The notes beneath the pieces were generated by a model. The model made no database searches and was not told the origin of the DNA. It saw only the letters and a program-made list of their open reading frames with translations. DNA of 64,000 bases, taken from the NCBI GenBank assembly GCA_963748215.1, contig CAVVHS010000005.1, forward strand, positions 225,771-289,770, read 5' to 3'. How positions within the stretch are numbered: position 1 is the stretch's first letter; each line of letters starts with the position of its first letter. The DNA comes from an uncultured Gammaproteobacteria bacterium (GTDB lineage Bacteria; Pseudomonadota; Gammaproteobacteria; UBA9214). The position numbers were made by a program, and so were the translations under genes. This document shows positions 42,449 to 53,304 of this stretch, piece by piece.

Positions 42449-43333
42449 TCAGGCCTGGCCGCCCGGTGCGTCCTGCGGGCTCTCCACCGGCCTGGGCAGC
42501 AAGGTCAGCTGCAGCATGTGCACGCGCCGGTTGTCCGCGCGCAGCACCTTGAACAGCAGGTTGTCGATTACCGTGCGCTCGCCGCGCTTGGGCAGGTGAC
42601 CGATCTGGTGCACCACCAGCCCGCCGATGGTGTCGAATTCCTCGTCGGAATATCGCGTGCCGAAATACTCGTTGAAATCCTCAATCGGCGTCAACGCCTT
42701 GATGGTGTAATGCATCTCGCTGTGCCGGCGGATGGCGTAATCCTCCTCGACATCGTGCTCGTCCTCGATCTCGCCGACGATCTGTTCCAGCACGTCCTCG
42801 ATGGTGACCATGCCGGCCACGCCGCCATACTCGTCCACCACGATCGCCATGTGATTTCGGCTGGAACGGAATTCCTTCAGCAGCACGTTGAGGCGCTTGC
42901 TCTCCGGCACGAACACGGCCGGTCGCAGGATATCGCGCACATTGAGGCGCCCCTCGCCGCGCCCGCTGGCATACGGCAGCATGTCCTTGGCCAGCAGCAC
43001 ACCGACCACTTCGTCGCGGCTGTCGCCGTTGACCGGAAAGCGCGAGTGGCCGGACTCGGTAATGGTGCGCACCAGCACGTCCTGGTCGGCGTCGCGCTCC
43101 AGGAAGACCACCTGCGAACGCGGGATCATGATGTCACGCACCTGCATTTCGTCCACCTGCAGTACGCCTTCGAGCATGGCGAGCGCATCCATGTCGATGA
43201 GATGACGGCGCTGCGCGCCGCGCAGCACATCCAGCAGTTGTTCGATATTGGCAGGTTCCCGCAGCAGCAGCTGTTTCAGCCCGTCAATCCAGGCGTGCTG
43301 TACGGGACCGTTGGTAGGTCGGTCTTTATTCAT
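42449..43333 (-). CDS. corC: HlyC/CorC CBS-domain protein
   Basis: [37 protein letters not shown]. Confidence 0.95.
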   Translation of the reverse strand: MNKDRPTNGPVQHAWIDGLKQLLLREPANIEQLLDVLRGAQRRHLIDMDALAMLEGVLQVDEMQVRDIMIPRSQVVFLERDADQDVLVRTITESGHSRFPVNGDSRDEVVGVLLAKDMLPYASGRGEGRLNVRDILRPAVFVPESKRLNVLLKEFRSSRNHMAIVVDEYGGVAGMVTIEDVLEQIVGEIEDEHDVEEDYAIRRHSEMHYTIKALTPIEDFNEYFGTRYSDEEFDTIGGLVVHQIGHLPKRGERTVIDNLLFKVLRADNRRVHMLQLTLLPRPVESPQDAPGGQA

Positions 43334-43477
43334 TAATTTCAGTAGATTAGAGAATGTTTTTGATAGATTTTTCAGGTCTTGCGTGACCACGAGGGTGCCC
43401 GGCAGCGCCACTATATCGGTATTGCCCCGTGTAATGCCAGCACCCGCACCGAAAATGCACGGGGCGGGCCAGCGCGC

Positions 43478-43936
43478 CTACCAGGGATTCGGATAGCCCA
43501 GCCCGGTCAGCAACGCGCTCTCGCGGCGCTCCATGTGGTCGGCATCGGTGGCATGCTGGTGATCGTATCCGAGCAGATGCAGGACACCGTGGATCACCAG
43601 GTGCGCCCAGTGCCCGGCCAGCGGCTTGCCCTGCGTCGCGGCCTCGGCGGCGACCACCGGGGCGCAGATCACCACGTCGCCGAGCAGGTCGCTGGGCACG
43701 CCGGCGAAGCCCTCGCAGGGAAACGACAGCACGTTGGTAGACCCGTCCTTGCCACGGTACTGGCGGTTCAGTGCGGTGATCTCGGCCTCGTCGACGATGC
43801 GCACCACCAGTTCCGCACGCCGGTCATGATCCTGCAGCGCCAGTTCCGCCCATTGCCGGATCTCGTCCGCAGACGGCGTACCGGCCGCACTCACCGCGAA
43901 CTGCACGTCGATGTCGTGTTCGATGGCGTGTGACAT
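43478..43936 (-). CDS. ybeY: rRNA maturation RNase YbeY
   Basis: TNVLSF, HGVLHLLGYDH. Confidence 0.97.
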   Translation of the reverse strand: MSHAIEHDIDVQFAVSAAGTPSADEIRQWAELALQDHDRRAELVVRIVDEAEITALNRQYRGKDGSTNVLSFPCEGFAGVPSDLLGDVVICAPVVAAEAATQGKPLAGHWAHLVIHGVLHLLGYDHQHATDADHMERRESALLTGLGYPNPW

Positions 43937-43940
43937 GCGC

Positions 43941-44921
43941 TCAGGTTTTCCCGGACTGGCGTTCGAATTCCTCGTAGGCGGAAATCACGCGCTGCACCAA
44001 CGGGTGGCGCACCACGTCCTGCGAGGAAAAGAAACTGAAGCTGATTCCCTTGCTGTCCTTGAGTACATCGATCACCTGGCGCAGGCCGGACTCGGTGTGC
44101 TTGGGCAGGTCGACCTGGGTGATATCGCCGGTGACCACGGCAGTAGAGCCGAAACCGATACGCGTAAGAAACATCTTCATTTGCTCCACGGTTGTGTTCT
44201 GCCCCTCGTCGAGAATGATGAAGGCATCGTTGAGACTGCGCCCGCGCATGAAGGCCAGCGGGGCCACCTCGATCACGTTGCGCTCGATCAGCCTGGCGAC
44301 CTTGTCTATGCCGAGCATTTCATACAGGGCATCGTACAGCGGTCGCAGGTAGGGATCGACCTTTTGCGTCATATCGCCCGGCAGGAAGCCGAGTCGCTCG
44401 CCGGCTTCCACCGCGGGTCGTACCAGTACCAGCCGGCTGACCTTCTCCTGCTCCAGCGCCTGCACGGCGCAGGCCACCGCCAGGTAGGTCTTGCCGGTGC
44501 CGGCCGGCCCGATGCCGAAATTGAGATCATTGGCGATAATGCTGCGCAGGTAATGTTTCTGGTTGCGTCCGCGCGGCGTGATCACCCCGCCCGGCGTCTT
44601 GATCACGACCGTGTCGGTGTCCCGGTCCCCGGCGTCAGCGGCTGCGTCGTCCGCGCTTTCCTGCAGGTAGAGGTGGATCTTGCCCGGCGTCAGCGCCGTG
44701 CTCGCGGTTTCCGCATACAGGCTCGCCAGCACCTCGCCGGCCCGCTGCACGGCGGCAGCTTCACCGATGATCCGGAAGCGGTTGCCGCGACTGTTGATTT
44801 CCACCCCGAGTCGCTGCTCGAGCTGGCGCAGGTGATTGTCGAACTGGCCGCACAACGCGGCAAGGCGTTCGTTGTCGGCAGGTTCCAGCGTGATATCTCT
44901 GGATTGGACGTCGGCGTTCAA
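43941..44921 (-). CDS. ybeZ: PhoH-like ATPase (YbeZ)
   Basis: [30 protein letters not shown]; TTG start. Confidence 0.95.
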   Translation of the reverse strand: MNADVQSRDITLEPADNERLAALCGQFDNHLRQLEQRLGVEINSRGNRFRIIGEAAAVQRAGEVLASLYAETASTALTPGKIHLYLQESADDAAADAGDRDTDTVVIKTPGGVITPRGRNQKHYLRSIIANDLNFGIGPAGTGKTYLAVACAVQALEQEKVSRLVLVRPAVEAGERLGFLPGDMTQKVDPYLRPLYDALYEMLGIDKVARLIERNVIEVAPLAFMRGRSLNDAFIILDEGQNTTVEQMKMFLTRIGFGSTAVVTGDITQVDLPKHTESGLRQVIDVLKDSKGISFSFFSSQDVVRHPLVQRVISAYEEFERQSGKT

Positions 44922-46288
44922 GAGACCCTCAGGTTCGACACGGTATTATCAGCTGCATCGGCCAGTCCCGCGAATTCTCCACGCAGGGAATTCGGCATGG
45001 CCTCCGTGATGCGGATATTGACGAAGCGTCCGATGCTGTCCTTCGGTGCCGCGAAATTCACAACACGATTGTTCTCGGTGCGCCCGCTGAGCTGGCTTGC
45101 ATCTTTACGTGACGGCTTTTCTACCAGCACGCGCTGCACTGTGCCGACCATGCCGGCGCTGATTGCCGCGGCCATCTCGCCTATCCGGTGCTGCAGGCGC
45201 GCGAGTCGCTGTTTCTTGACCGCCAGCGGCACATCGTCGGGCAGCCCGGCGGCCGGTGTGCCCGGGCGCCGGCTGTAGATGAAACTGAATGAATGATCGA
45301 AACCGATGGTCTCGATCAGCGCCATGGTCTGATCGAAGTCCGCGTCCGTCTCGCCCGGAAAGCCGACGATAAAATCCGAGGAGATACTGATATCGGGACG
45401 CGCCGCGCGCAGGCGCCGGATGATGGCGCGGTATTCGAGCGCAGTGTGATTGCGTTTCATCAGCGCCAGGATACGATCCGAACCGGACTGCACCGGCAGA
45501 TGCAGGTGTCCGACCAGTTGCGGCACCTCGGCATGGACATCGATCAGCCGCTCGCTCATCTCCAGCGGATGCGAGGTGGTATAGCGGATTCGATCGATGC
45601 CGTCGATGGCGGCTATCCAGGAAACCAGCAGCGCCAGGTCTGCGCTCTCGCCGTCGTGCATCGTGCCACGGTAGGCATTGACGTTCTGGCCCAGCAGCGT
45701 CACCTCGCGCACACCCTGCGCAGCCAGGCTCGCCACTTCGGCTATCAGGTCATCGAACGGCCGGCTGACCTCCTCGCCTCGGGTATAGGGCACCACGCAG
45801 AAACTGCAGTACTTGCTGCAGCCTTCCATCACGGAAACGAACGCCGTGGGCCCATCGGCGCGCGGCGCCGGCAGGCTGTCGAATTTCTCGATCTCGGGGA
45901 AGCTGATATCGATAACCGGCCGGTGCGCACGCCGCGCGTCATCCAGCATGCCGGGCAGCCGGTGCAGGGTCTGCGGACCGAACACGATATCGACGTACGG
46001 CGCACGCGCACGGATCGCCTCGCCTTCCTGGCTCGCCACGCAGCCGCCCACGCCGATCACCAGCTGCGGGCGCGCATCCTTGAGTTCCTTCCAGCGTCCA
46101 AGCTCGGAAAACACCTTCTCCTGGGCCTTCTCACGGATGGAACAGGTGTTCATCAGCAGCACATCCGCCTGCTGCGGGTCCTGCGTGAGTTCCAGGCAGT
46201 GCGATACTGCCAGCACGTCCGCCATCTTCGCGGAATCGTACTCGTTCATCTGACAACCGTGCGTCTTGATATAGAGCTTGCCTGACAT
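44918..46288 (-). CDS. miaB: tRNA ms2i6A37 methylthiotransferase
   Basis: [21 protein letters not shown] domain. Confidence 0.97.
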   Translation of the reverse strand: MSGKLYIKTHGCQMNEYDSAKMADVLAVSHCLELTQDPQQADVLLMNTCSIREKAQEKVFSELGRWKELKDARPQLVIGVGGCVASQEGEAIRARAPYVDIVFGPQTLHRLPGMLDDARRAHRPVIDISFPEIEKFDSLPAPRADGPTAFVSVMEGCSKYCSFCVVPYTRGEEVSRPFDDLIAEVASLAAQGVREVTLLGQNVNAYRGTMHDGESADLALLVSWIAAIDGIDRIRYTTSHPLEMSERLIDVHAEVPQLVGHLHLPVQSGSDRILALMKRNHTALEYRAIIRRLRAARPDISISSDFIVGFPGETDADFDQTMALIETIGFDHSFSFIYSRRPGTPAAGLPDDVPLAVKKQRLARLQHRIGEMAAAISAGMVGTVQRVLVEKPSRKDASQLSGRTENNRVVNFAAPKDSIGRFVNIRITEAMPNSLRGEFAGLADAADNTVSNLRVS

Positions 46289-46479
46289 TCTACTTTATGT
46301 AATCTGTGTAATTGTCTGTTTAATATATGTTAAATTACGAATGCTCCGGTCCCGGGCCCGTGCATGGCAGTAACATAACCGCAACCGGACCGTGAACGCA
46401 AAGAAATACCTGCCGGGCCGAAACGGGCAGGCGTCTCGCGCCGTCACCCGGGCGGCACGCGGCCGGTGCGAAAGGAGAA

Positions 46480-46831
46480 GGGAGTCGGCCGGTAAGCCGG
46501 GTTCTGTCGAGGACAGTCATTCATCTGGACGCTGCGTCACCGCAGGTCTCAAGCAACCTACCCGGGAGCCATGCGGGCCGCACGTTCGCTCCCCTATTTG
46601 GTCTTGCTCCAGGTGGGGTTTACCCTGCCACGCCTGTTGCCAGCCGCGCGGTGCGCTCTTACCGCACCATTTCACCCTTACCTGCCCTGCCTGTTGACAG
46701 GCAGGACCGGCGGTATATTTTCTGTGGCACTTTCCATGGACTCGCGCCCTCCAGGAGTTACCTGGCACCTTGCCCTGTGGAGCCCGGACTTTCCTCCCTG
46801 CTTGCGCAGAGCGACTGTCTGGCCGACTCCC
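46480..46831 (-). ncRNA. rnpB: RNase P RNA (bacterial type A)
   Basis: Minus strand GGGAGTCGGCCAGACAGTCGC, GAGGAAAGTCCGGGCTCCA, AGTGCCACAGAAAA, ACAGAACCCGGCTTAC; ends pair as P1; TATACT -10 at 46839-46844. Confidence 0.97.
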
Positions 46832-46895
46832 GAGCTGGAGTATAGGGTATTCGTGCGCCCGCGGCACGGCCGGCAACGCGGCGTCGCCCCCGCCG

Positions 46896-47393
46896 TCAGC
46901 GTGACCAGGGCTTGCGCACACCCCTGATCAGCTTGCCGAGCATGCGGTTCAGGGGTTTGTCGCGCGCCAGGTCGGGAATGAGGCTGCGCTTTCCGCGCAG
47001 ACCGAGTTCGTGTTTGAAGCGCTGCAGGCTGCGGTGATCCGGATCGACCTGCAGGCCGCGCCGCAATGCCGTCCAGGCACTTTCGCGCTGGCCACACCGG
47101 TGTTCCGCCTGGGCGAGGTTGTAGAACACCTCGGCATCGCGGGCCTCGCCAACCGCCGCGTTGCGGCACAGCTTGATGCCGTTACGGTCACCCAGGCAGA
47201 CGCGGCACAGGCCGTGAAAGGAGGTGTAACGGTTCTGGTAGACATCGTCGACTGCGGCGCTCTCGTCGGCGGTGCGAAAGAACACCAGCGCGCCCTCGAA
47301 ATCATCACTGCGGAAACACTTCAGACCATCGATAAAGTCATGATGCAGCCGCGCATGGCCGTACGCTGCCCCCGCAGAGTTGATATGCTCCAT
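46896..47393 (-). CDS. Small TPR-like helical protein
   Basis: AEVFYNLAQAE...R..A..ALRRGL..DP.H pattern; basic C-terminal tail. Confidence 0.7.
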   Translation of the reverse strand: MEHINSAGAAYGHARLHHDFIDGLKCFRSDDFEGALVFFRTADESAAVDDVYQNRYTSFHGLCRVCLGDRNGIKLCRNAAVGEARDAEVFYNLAQAEHRCGQRESAWTALRRGLQVDPDHRSLQRFKHELGLRGKRSLIPDLARDKPLNRMLGKLIRGVRKPWSR

Positions 47394-47637
47394 GCCCCCC
47401 CCGATGTACGCCCCCTGAATACAGCCTGCGCCTCGGCGCGGCCGGCGTTCCCTTGCAGTGCAGGGTAAACCCTTTGTACAAAAACACAACCATGCCCGGC
47501 ACCTTTCGCCAAACCGCTGCCGGGCGGCCCGGCCCGGACAATAACGGACTTTGGACGTCACACGCTGTGGCGGAACCCGCGCCAACCGGTATAATCACAA
47601 CCCGGACAATGCAGCCGCGTAATGACGTGGCTTTTTT

Positions 47638-50475
47638 ATGGCCATGACAAAAGCAGGCACAAACGAATTCGAACAGGCCGGCGACAAGGACCTGCGCAGC
47701 CGCGTGCGGCTGTTCGGCGACCTGCTCGGCGAGGTGCTCAGGGAGCACGCGGGTCAAAACATCCTCGACGCGGTCGAATCGCTGCGCAAGGGCTATATCC
47801 GCCTGCGCCGCGAGGAGAACCCGCGCCTGCGCGCGCGACTGACCCGGGACATCAACAATCTCGACCCGGATGCACTCACCGACGTCATTCGCGCCTTCAA
47901 CCTGTATTTCAGCCTGGTGAACATTGCCGAAGAGGCGTTTCATCACCGCCAGCGACGCAAGCAGGCGCGCCGCTACGGCCTGCTCTGGGTCGGTTCCTTC
48001 CAGCGCACCCTGCAGGATTTTCGCGACAGCGGCGTTGGCCCGGACCAGTTGCAGACGCTGCTGGACCAGTCGCTCTACCTGCCGGTATTCACCGCGCACC
48101 CGACCGAGGCAATCCGTCGCACCGTGATGTCCTCGCTGCGCCGCCTGTTCCTCACCAGCGAGAAACTCGATGACCTGCGCCTGGGGCGCGAGGAACGCGA
48201 GGCGGTGCAACAGGTCCTGAAACAGCAGATCCAGGTCCTGTGGAAGACCGACGAGGTTCGTCTGCACAAGCCGAGCGTGGAGGATGAAATCCGCAACGGC
48301 CTGTACTTCTTCCGCGAGAGCCTGTTCGCCGCCGTCCCGAAGTCCTACCGCTACCTGGAAAAGGCCGCGCAGCATATCTACGGCAGCAATCCGACCGGCA
48401 AGAAGCTGTCGATACCCGGCGGGCTGATGCGATTCGGCTCATGGATCGGTGGCGACCGCGACGGCAATCCGTTCGTCAAACCCGCCACGACCGCACTGGC
48501 GCTGCGCCTGCACATGCGCGAGGTGCTTGCGACCTACATCGAGCATGTCGTGGCCCTCGGTTACCGGCTGACCCAGTCGACGCACCTGTGCGACTTTTCC
48601 GCACCGTTCCTGGACAGCCTGCAGCAGGACGAGACCCGCTTCAGCGAGGCCTGCAGGGATTTCCCCGAGGGCTACAGCCACGAACTGTACCGCCGCAAGC
48701 TGTGCGTGATGAGCCACCGCCTGCGCTTCAACCTCGCAGACATCGATGCCCGCATCGCGCAACCGGAAACGGACATACCGGCCAGTCCCGCCGCCTACAC
48801 GAACGAACAGGAATTCCTGGGCGACCTGCTGCTGATCCGCGAATCACTGATCGCCAACGGCGACGCGAACGTGGCCGATGCGGATCTGAAAGACCTGGTG
48901 CGACTGGTCGAGACCTTCGGCTTCTATCTCATGCACCTCGATATTCGCCAGGAATCCACACGCCACAGCGAGGCCGTTGCCGAACTGCTCAAGGCGCTGC
49001 AGGTCGAACCGGACTACGACGCGCTGGACGAGACGCACCGCCAGCACTTGCTGTGCAGCACGTTCGCCGGGCCGCCGCCGGCACTCGATCGCGGCAAGCT
49101 GACCGAACGCACCCGCGAGACGCTCGAGGTGTTCGACGTTATGCGGCGCATGCAGACGGAAGTGAGTGTCAACGCCTTCGGCAACTACGTCATTTCCATG
49201 ACCCACACCGCCAGCCACATACTGGAAGTCATGTATCTCGCCTGGCTGACCGGACTGGCGGGACAGCGCAACGGTGACTGGTTCGCGGATATCCGCATCA
49301 GCCCGCTGTTCGAGACTATCGACGACCTCGAGCACATCGAACAGGTATTGTCCGAACTGCTCGGCAACGAGACCTACCGCGCCCTGCTCAATGCCGCCGA
49401 TCATTGCCAGGAGATCATGCTGGGCTATTCCGACTCCTGCAAGGATGGTGGCATCCTGGCCTCCAACTGGAGCCTGTACGAGGCGCAGAAGAAGATTATC
49501 GCCATCTGCGACCGCTACGATCTGCAGGTACGCCTGTTCCATGGTCGCGGCGGCACCGTCGGCCGCGGTGGCGGCCCGACTCACGAGGCCATCCTGTCGC
49601 AGCCGCCGGGCACGGTACATGGCCAGATCAAGTTCACCGAGCAGGGCGAGGTGCTTCGCTACAAGTACAGTAACGAGGAAACCGCGGTGTACGAGCTGGC
49701 CATGGGCGTCACCGGCCTGCTCAAGGCCAGCCGCGTGCTGATCGAGCCCGCAGTCGAGGACCGGCGCGACTATCTGGGCATCATGGACGAACTCGCCCGC
49801 ATCGGCGAGGATACCTATCGCGACCTGATTGACAACACCGAGGGCCTGTTCGACTATTTCTACGAAGCGACGCCGGTCACCGAGATCGGCCTGCTCAACA
49901 TCGGCTCGCGTCCCTCGCACCGCAAGCAGCAGGATCGCTCCAAGACCTCCATCCGCGCCATCTCCTGGGTGTTCGGCTGGGCACAGTCGCGCCATACCCT
50001 GCCCGCCTGGTACGGCCTGGGCAGCGCGCTCGAGACCTGGCGCAGCGATGACCCGGCGCGGCTGGCACGCCTGCAGGGTATGTACCAGGACTGGCCGTTC
50101 TTCCGCGCCCTGATCGGCAACATCCAGATGGCACTGTTCAAGGGTGAGATGAATATCGCCCACGAATACACCCGGCTGGCCGGCAACCAGGAGATGGCAC
50201 AGCGCATTTACGCCAAGATCAGCACCGAGTACCGCAAGACCATCCTGCAGGTATTGCACGTCAGCGGCGCACACCACCTGCTCGAGGAAAACCCGGCGCT
50301 GGGCCTGTCGCTGTTCCGGCGCAATCCCTACCTCGACCCGCTGAACAATATCCAGGTCACGCTGCTGGCGCGCGTCCGGGACAGCAGCCTGGACGAGGAG
50401 CAGCGCGAAGCCTGGCTGAAGCCGCTGCTGCGCTCGATCAACGCCATCGCCAGCGGCATGCGCAATACCGGCTAA
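47638..50475 (+). CDS. ppc: Phosphoenolpyruvate carboxylase
   Basis: VFTAHPT, SWIGGDRDGNP, MLGYSDSCKDGG, FHGRGG.VGRGGGP, RNTG terminus. Confidence 0.98.
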   Translation: MAMTKAGTNEFEQAGDKDLRSRVRLFGDLLGEVLREHAGQNILDAVESLRKGYIRLRREENPRLRARLTRDINNLDPDALTDVIRAFNLYFSLVNIAEEAFHHRQRRKQARRYGLLWVGSFQRTLQDFRDSGVGPDQLQTLLDQSLYLPVFTAHPTEAIRRTVMSSLRRLFLTSEKLDDLRLGREEREAVQQVLKQQIQVLWKTDEVRLHKPSVEDEIRNGLYFFRESLFAAVPKSYRYLEKAAQHIYGSNPTGKKLSIPGGLMRFGSWIGGDRDGNPFVKPATTALALRLHMREVLATYIEHVVALGYRLTQSTHLCDFSAPFLDSLQQDETRFSEACRDFPEGYSHELYRRKLCVMSHRLRFNLADIDARIAQPETDIPASPAAYTNEQEFLGDLLLIRESLIANGDANVADADLKDLVRLVETFGFYLMHLDIRQESTRHSEAVAELLKALQVEPDYDALDETHRQHLLCSTFAGPPPALDRGKLTERTRETLEVFDVMRRMQTEVSVNAFGNYVISMTHTASHILEVMYLAWLTGLAGQRNGDWFADIRISPLFETIDDLEHIEQVLSELLGNETYRALLNAADHCQEIMLGYSDSCKDGGILASNWSLYEAQKKIIAICDRYDLQVRLFHGRGGTVGRGGGPTHEAILSQPPGTVHGQIKFTEQGEVLRYKYSNEETAVYELAMGVTGLLKASRVLIEPAVEDRRDYLGIMDELARIGEDTYRDLIDNTEGLFDYFYEATPVTEIGLLNIGSRPSHRKQQDRSKTSIRAISWVFGWAQSRHTLPAWYGLGSALETWRSDDPARLARLQGMYQDWPFFRALIGNIQMALFKGEMNIAHEYTRLAGNQEMAQRIYAKISTEYRKTILQVLHVSGAHHLLEENPALGLSLFRRNPYLDPLNNIQVTLLARVRDSSLDEEQREAWLKPLLRSINAIASGMRNTG

Positions 50476-50559
50476 TATCGCCCGGTGCGTCTCACACCGG
50501 CCGCCGCGATTGGGGTATAGTAGCCGGCAGCAAAACTACCCTCCGGGACCTGTCATTCC

Positions 50560-51912
50560 ATGGACAAACGGCTCGCACTGGTTGTAGACGACTCCAGGAC
50601 GGCGCGCGATACACTCAAGCGCATGCTGGACAAGCATGGCCTTGACGTCGACACGCTGGAATCGGCACAGCAGGCACTCGACTACCTGCAGGACCACACC
50701 CCCGACGTCATCTTCATGGACCACATGATGCCGGGCATGGACGGGTTCCAGGCCGTGGAGGCGATCAAGGGCAACCCTGACACCGCCACCATCCCCATCA
50801 TGATGTACACCTCCAAGGAAGGCGACCTGTACGTCAGCCAGGCACGCGCCCTCGGCGCTATCGGCATCCTGCCCAAGCAGGTCGAACCGGCCGAGCTGTT
50901 CGAGGTGCTCAACAAGCTCGGACTGGTCAGTGAGCGCCGGCGCCGGAGTACCGAGAGCAACCGCTTCGTGCTGATGGACAACGTTCCGGAGATTGCCCTG
51001 TCCGCTACCCGCGAGGAAATCCAGGAGATCGCCGAACAGGCCGCACAGGCCGTCGGTGGCAAACATGATGCGCTTGGCACCCAGGGTCACCTGGGCGAAT
51101 TGCTCGAGGACTACCACCACGAAATGGTGGAGAACATGCAGGAACTGAAGACCGCGCTCGACGCGCAGGCCATGCGCGGCATACGCCCGCTGACCGCGCT
51201 GCTGGTGCCGCTGGTAATCATGCTGATGCTGATCCCGCTGCTGTGGATCTACCACGACAGCAGCACGGCCCGAGCCGAACTCGGCGACGCCAACCGGCGC
51301 ATCAGCGAACTGGTCGCGGCGCAACAGGATTTCACCAGCAACGAGCACAACGAAAGCAGCACCCTGCGGCAGCAGCTGAGCCAGCGCGACGACCAGGCAC
51401 GCCGGCAGGCGCGTATGCTCTACGACAGCATCACCTGGGCGATCAACCAGGGCAGTGCGTACGACGTGCACGAGGAAGCGTTCAGCGACCGACGCCTGAC
51501 GGTGGTCCAGGAACTGGTGACGCGCCTGAGGTCACTCGGCTTCCAAGGTACGGTGCAGCTGGAGTCCCACCTCGGCGAATTCTGCCTGAGTGGCAACGAC
51601 GTGGACGGTTATGTCGAGGCGCCGGCCGACCTGCCGGTCACATCCTGCGACCTGGTCGGCCATCCCCTGCAGCAAATACCTGCGCTAGGCGAGCGCCAGT
51701 CGATCGCATTCGCCAACTTCCTCGCCACCTCGCCGCTGGTCAACAGCGGCGACATCCACCTCGAGATTGCGTCATTCCTGTTCAGCCGGCCGCGCATCCC
51801 CTACCCGCCGCAGGTCGACACCGTCATGGCATACGAGTGGAACCGCGTTGCGGCCGCCAACAACCGCGTCGATGTCAGGCTGGTGCCGGACACGGAATCG
51901 TCGCGGCAATGA
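50560..51912 (+). CDS. Membrane-spanning response regulator (REC - helical - TM - degenerate OmpA/MotB-like domain)
   Basis: VVDDS, FMDHMMPGMDG, YTS, PK; TM LTALLVPLVIMLMLIPLLWIY; ends AAANNRVDVRL. Confidence 0.8.
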   Translation: MDKRLALVVDDSRTARDTLKRMLDKHGLDVDTLESAQQALDYLQDHTPDVIFMDHMMPGMDGFQAVEAIKGNPDTATIPIMMYTSKEGDLYVSQARALGAIGILPKQVEPAELFEVLNKLGLVSERRRRSTESNRFVLMDNVPEIALSATREEIQEIAEQAAQAVGGKHDALGTQGHLGELLEDYHHEMVENMQELKTALDAQAMRGIRPLTALLVPLVIMLMLIPLLWIYHDSSTARAELGDANRRISELVAAQQDFTSNEHNESSTLRQQLSQRDDQARRQARMLYDSITWAINQGSAYDVHEEAFSDRRLTVVQELVTRLRSLGFQGTVQLESHLGEFCLSGNDVDGYVEAPADLPVTSCDLVGHPLQQIPALGERQSIAFANFLATSPLVNSGDIHLEIASFLFSRPRIPYPPQVDTVMAYEWNRVAAANNRVDVRLVPDTESSRQ

Positions 51913-51983
51913 CTCGGCCGGCTGTTGCCGGCACTCCTAAAGAAGAGACAAGCCGCACGGCTCCCGGGCACCCATGGATGCCA

Positions 51984-52037
51984 GGTTTCAGCCCGATTAT
52001 GTCGGATAAGCGCCGCCCGGCGAGAAATGCGGGCCAG
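51984..52037. repeat. Right-end remnant of the 31462-31718 MITE family
   Basis: GGTTTCAGCCCGATTATGTCGGATAAGCGCCGCCCGGCGAGAAATGCGGGCCAG aligns with 31666-31718. Confidence 0.75.
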
Positions 52038-52202
52038 GAGCCTGTCCGAGTAATCTGTGCGTAGCGAGGCGAGTGGGATAGCGTGGACAGTTTTGCGATC
52101 GTTCGAGGAGAATAGCGGGTTCTATTTGACGAGAAGGATCGTAAAAATGGGCCGCTTCCCCACCGCCGCAGTAGCAACATGATTATTCGGACAGGCGCCT
52201 AG
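52034..52202. mobile_element. 169-bp MITE-like structured element, copy B
   Basis: Same length and core as 7695-7863; the right end overlaps the TAG of the coiled-coil gene. Confidence 0.85.
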
Positions 52203-53053
52203 CGCACACCCCAGAAGAAAATTGCGCCTGCTACTGCCAGTACCAGCGCGAAAACAGCAACCAGCATGATATTTCTCAGGCGCTCAGCCTGCTTGTGCAA
52301 CTGCACCTGTGCGTCCTCGAACAGCTTGTGCTGAAGCCTGTGCTCTGCCTCGAGCTTCTTTTCCAGGGCCATGACCTGTTGACTGGTTGCCTCGAGCTGT
52401 ACGGTGGTGGAAGCGAGGTAAGTCTCGAGTGTCCGGGCCTGTTCCTCTTTCGCTGCACGCAACGCCTCGAGTGCGCTGTCCGTGGATTCGAAACGGCTGA
52501 CTGTCTGAGCCAGAGAGGCCTCGAGTGTCTTGATCTGTTCATATGCTGCATCCAGCCGCGCCTCGAGCGCGTCGTCCCTGGTTTCCAGCCGGCTTGCTGA
52601 TTCGGCCAGCGCAGTCTTGAGAACCTGCAGTTGTTCGCGTGCAGAATCCTGCAGGAACTTGAGCTGGTTGCCCCGGGTTTCCAGCCGGTGCGTTGTTTCA
52701 GTCAGGGAGGCCTCGAGCGCCATGACCTGTGAATGCCCCGCCTCGCGTGCCTGTTCAGTCTCGACGAGCCGCTGTTCCAGTTCGTCCAGCCTTCTGGCGT
52801 GGGCCATTCTGGCGGTCCCGGTTTCCCGGCGGCTCTCCTCCAGGTCCTCGACTTTCTGCAGGATTAGCAGGGCACGGCGCTCGGACTGGGACCGCATTAG
52901 TTCCAGTTTCCCGGCGAGGGCCTGATTCTCTGCTGTGAGTTCCAGCAGCTCCCGTTCGAGCGCTTCCTGGCGCTGCCGCGGGCTCGATTGCAGTCCGAGA
53001 AGTTTGTTTATACTGGCTGCGGCGCTGCGCCAGTACTGCTTGAGATTGTTCAA
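52199..53053 (-). CDS. Tail-anchored coiled-coil protein with 32-aa repeats
   Basis: E/L/Q/A-rich heptads, C-terminal TM IMLVAVFALVLAVAGAIFFW; TTG start after AAGG. Confidence 0.8.
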   Translation of the reverse strand: MNNLKQYWRSAAASINKLLGLQSSPRQRQEALERELLELTAENQALAGKLELMRSQSERRALLILQKVEDLEESRRETGTARMAHARRLDELEQRLVETEQAREAGHSQVMALEASLTETTHRLETRGNQLKFLQDSAREQLQVLKTALAESASRLETRDDALEARLDAAYEQIKTLEASLAQTVSRFESTDSALEALRAAKEEQARTLETYLASTTVQLEATSQQVMALEKKLEAEHRLQHKLFEDAQVQLHKQAERLRNIMLVAVFALVLAVAGAIFFWGVR

Positions 53054-53304
53054 TACATTTACCTTTTATTTTATTGTTTTATATAAATATTTGTTTTTCG
53101 ATGTTAGCACGCCTGTATCCTGCGAGTACAGAGACCCGATGGGGAGCATGCCAGACCTGCAGGCTGTGACACTCTGCTGAAAGATGTAATAAACTAGGAT
53201 TCGAGGTGTGCCGGATTGTTGTTTCAGAATACCATTATCACAGGCAGCTCACCTATTGCAGGTGCGCGTATCGCTCGCCTTGCCGGCGTCCCCACAGGCT
53301 TCTT

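Noticed and set aside
46392-46927. Protein ORFs over this interval
   Set aside because: They overlap the RNase P RNA gene and are spurious translations.
47455-47495. c-di-GMP-I riboswitch (AGGGTAAACC resembles its 5' motif)
   Set aside because: The GAAA tetraloop and GACGCAAAGC elements are missing.
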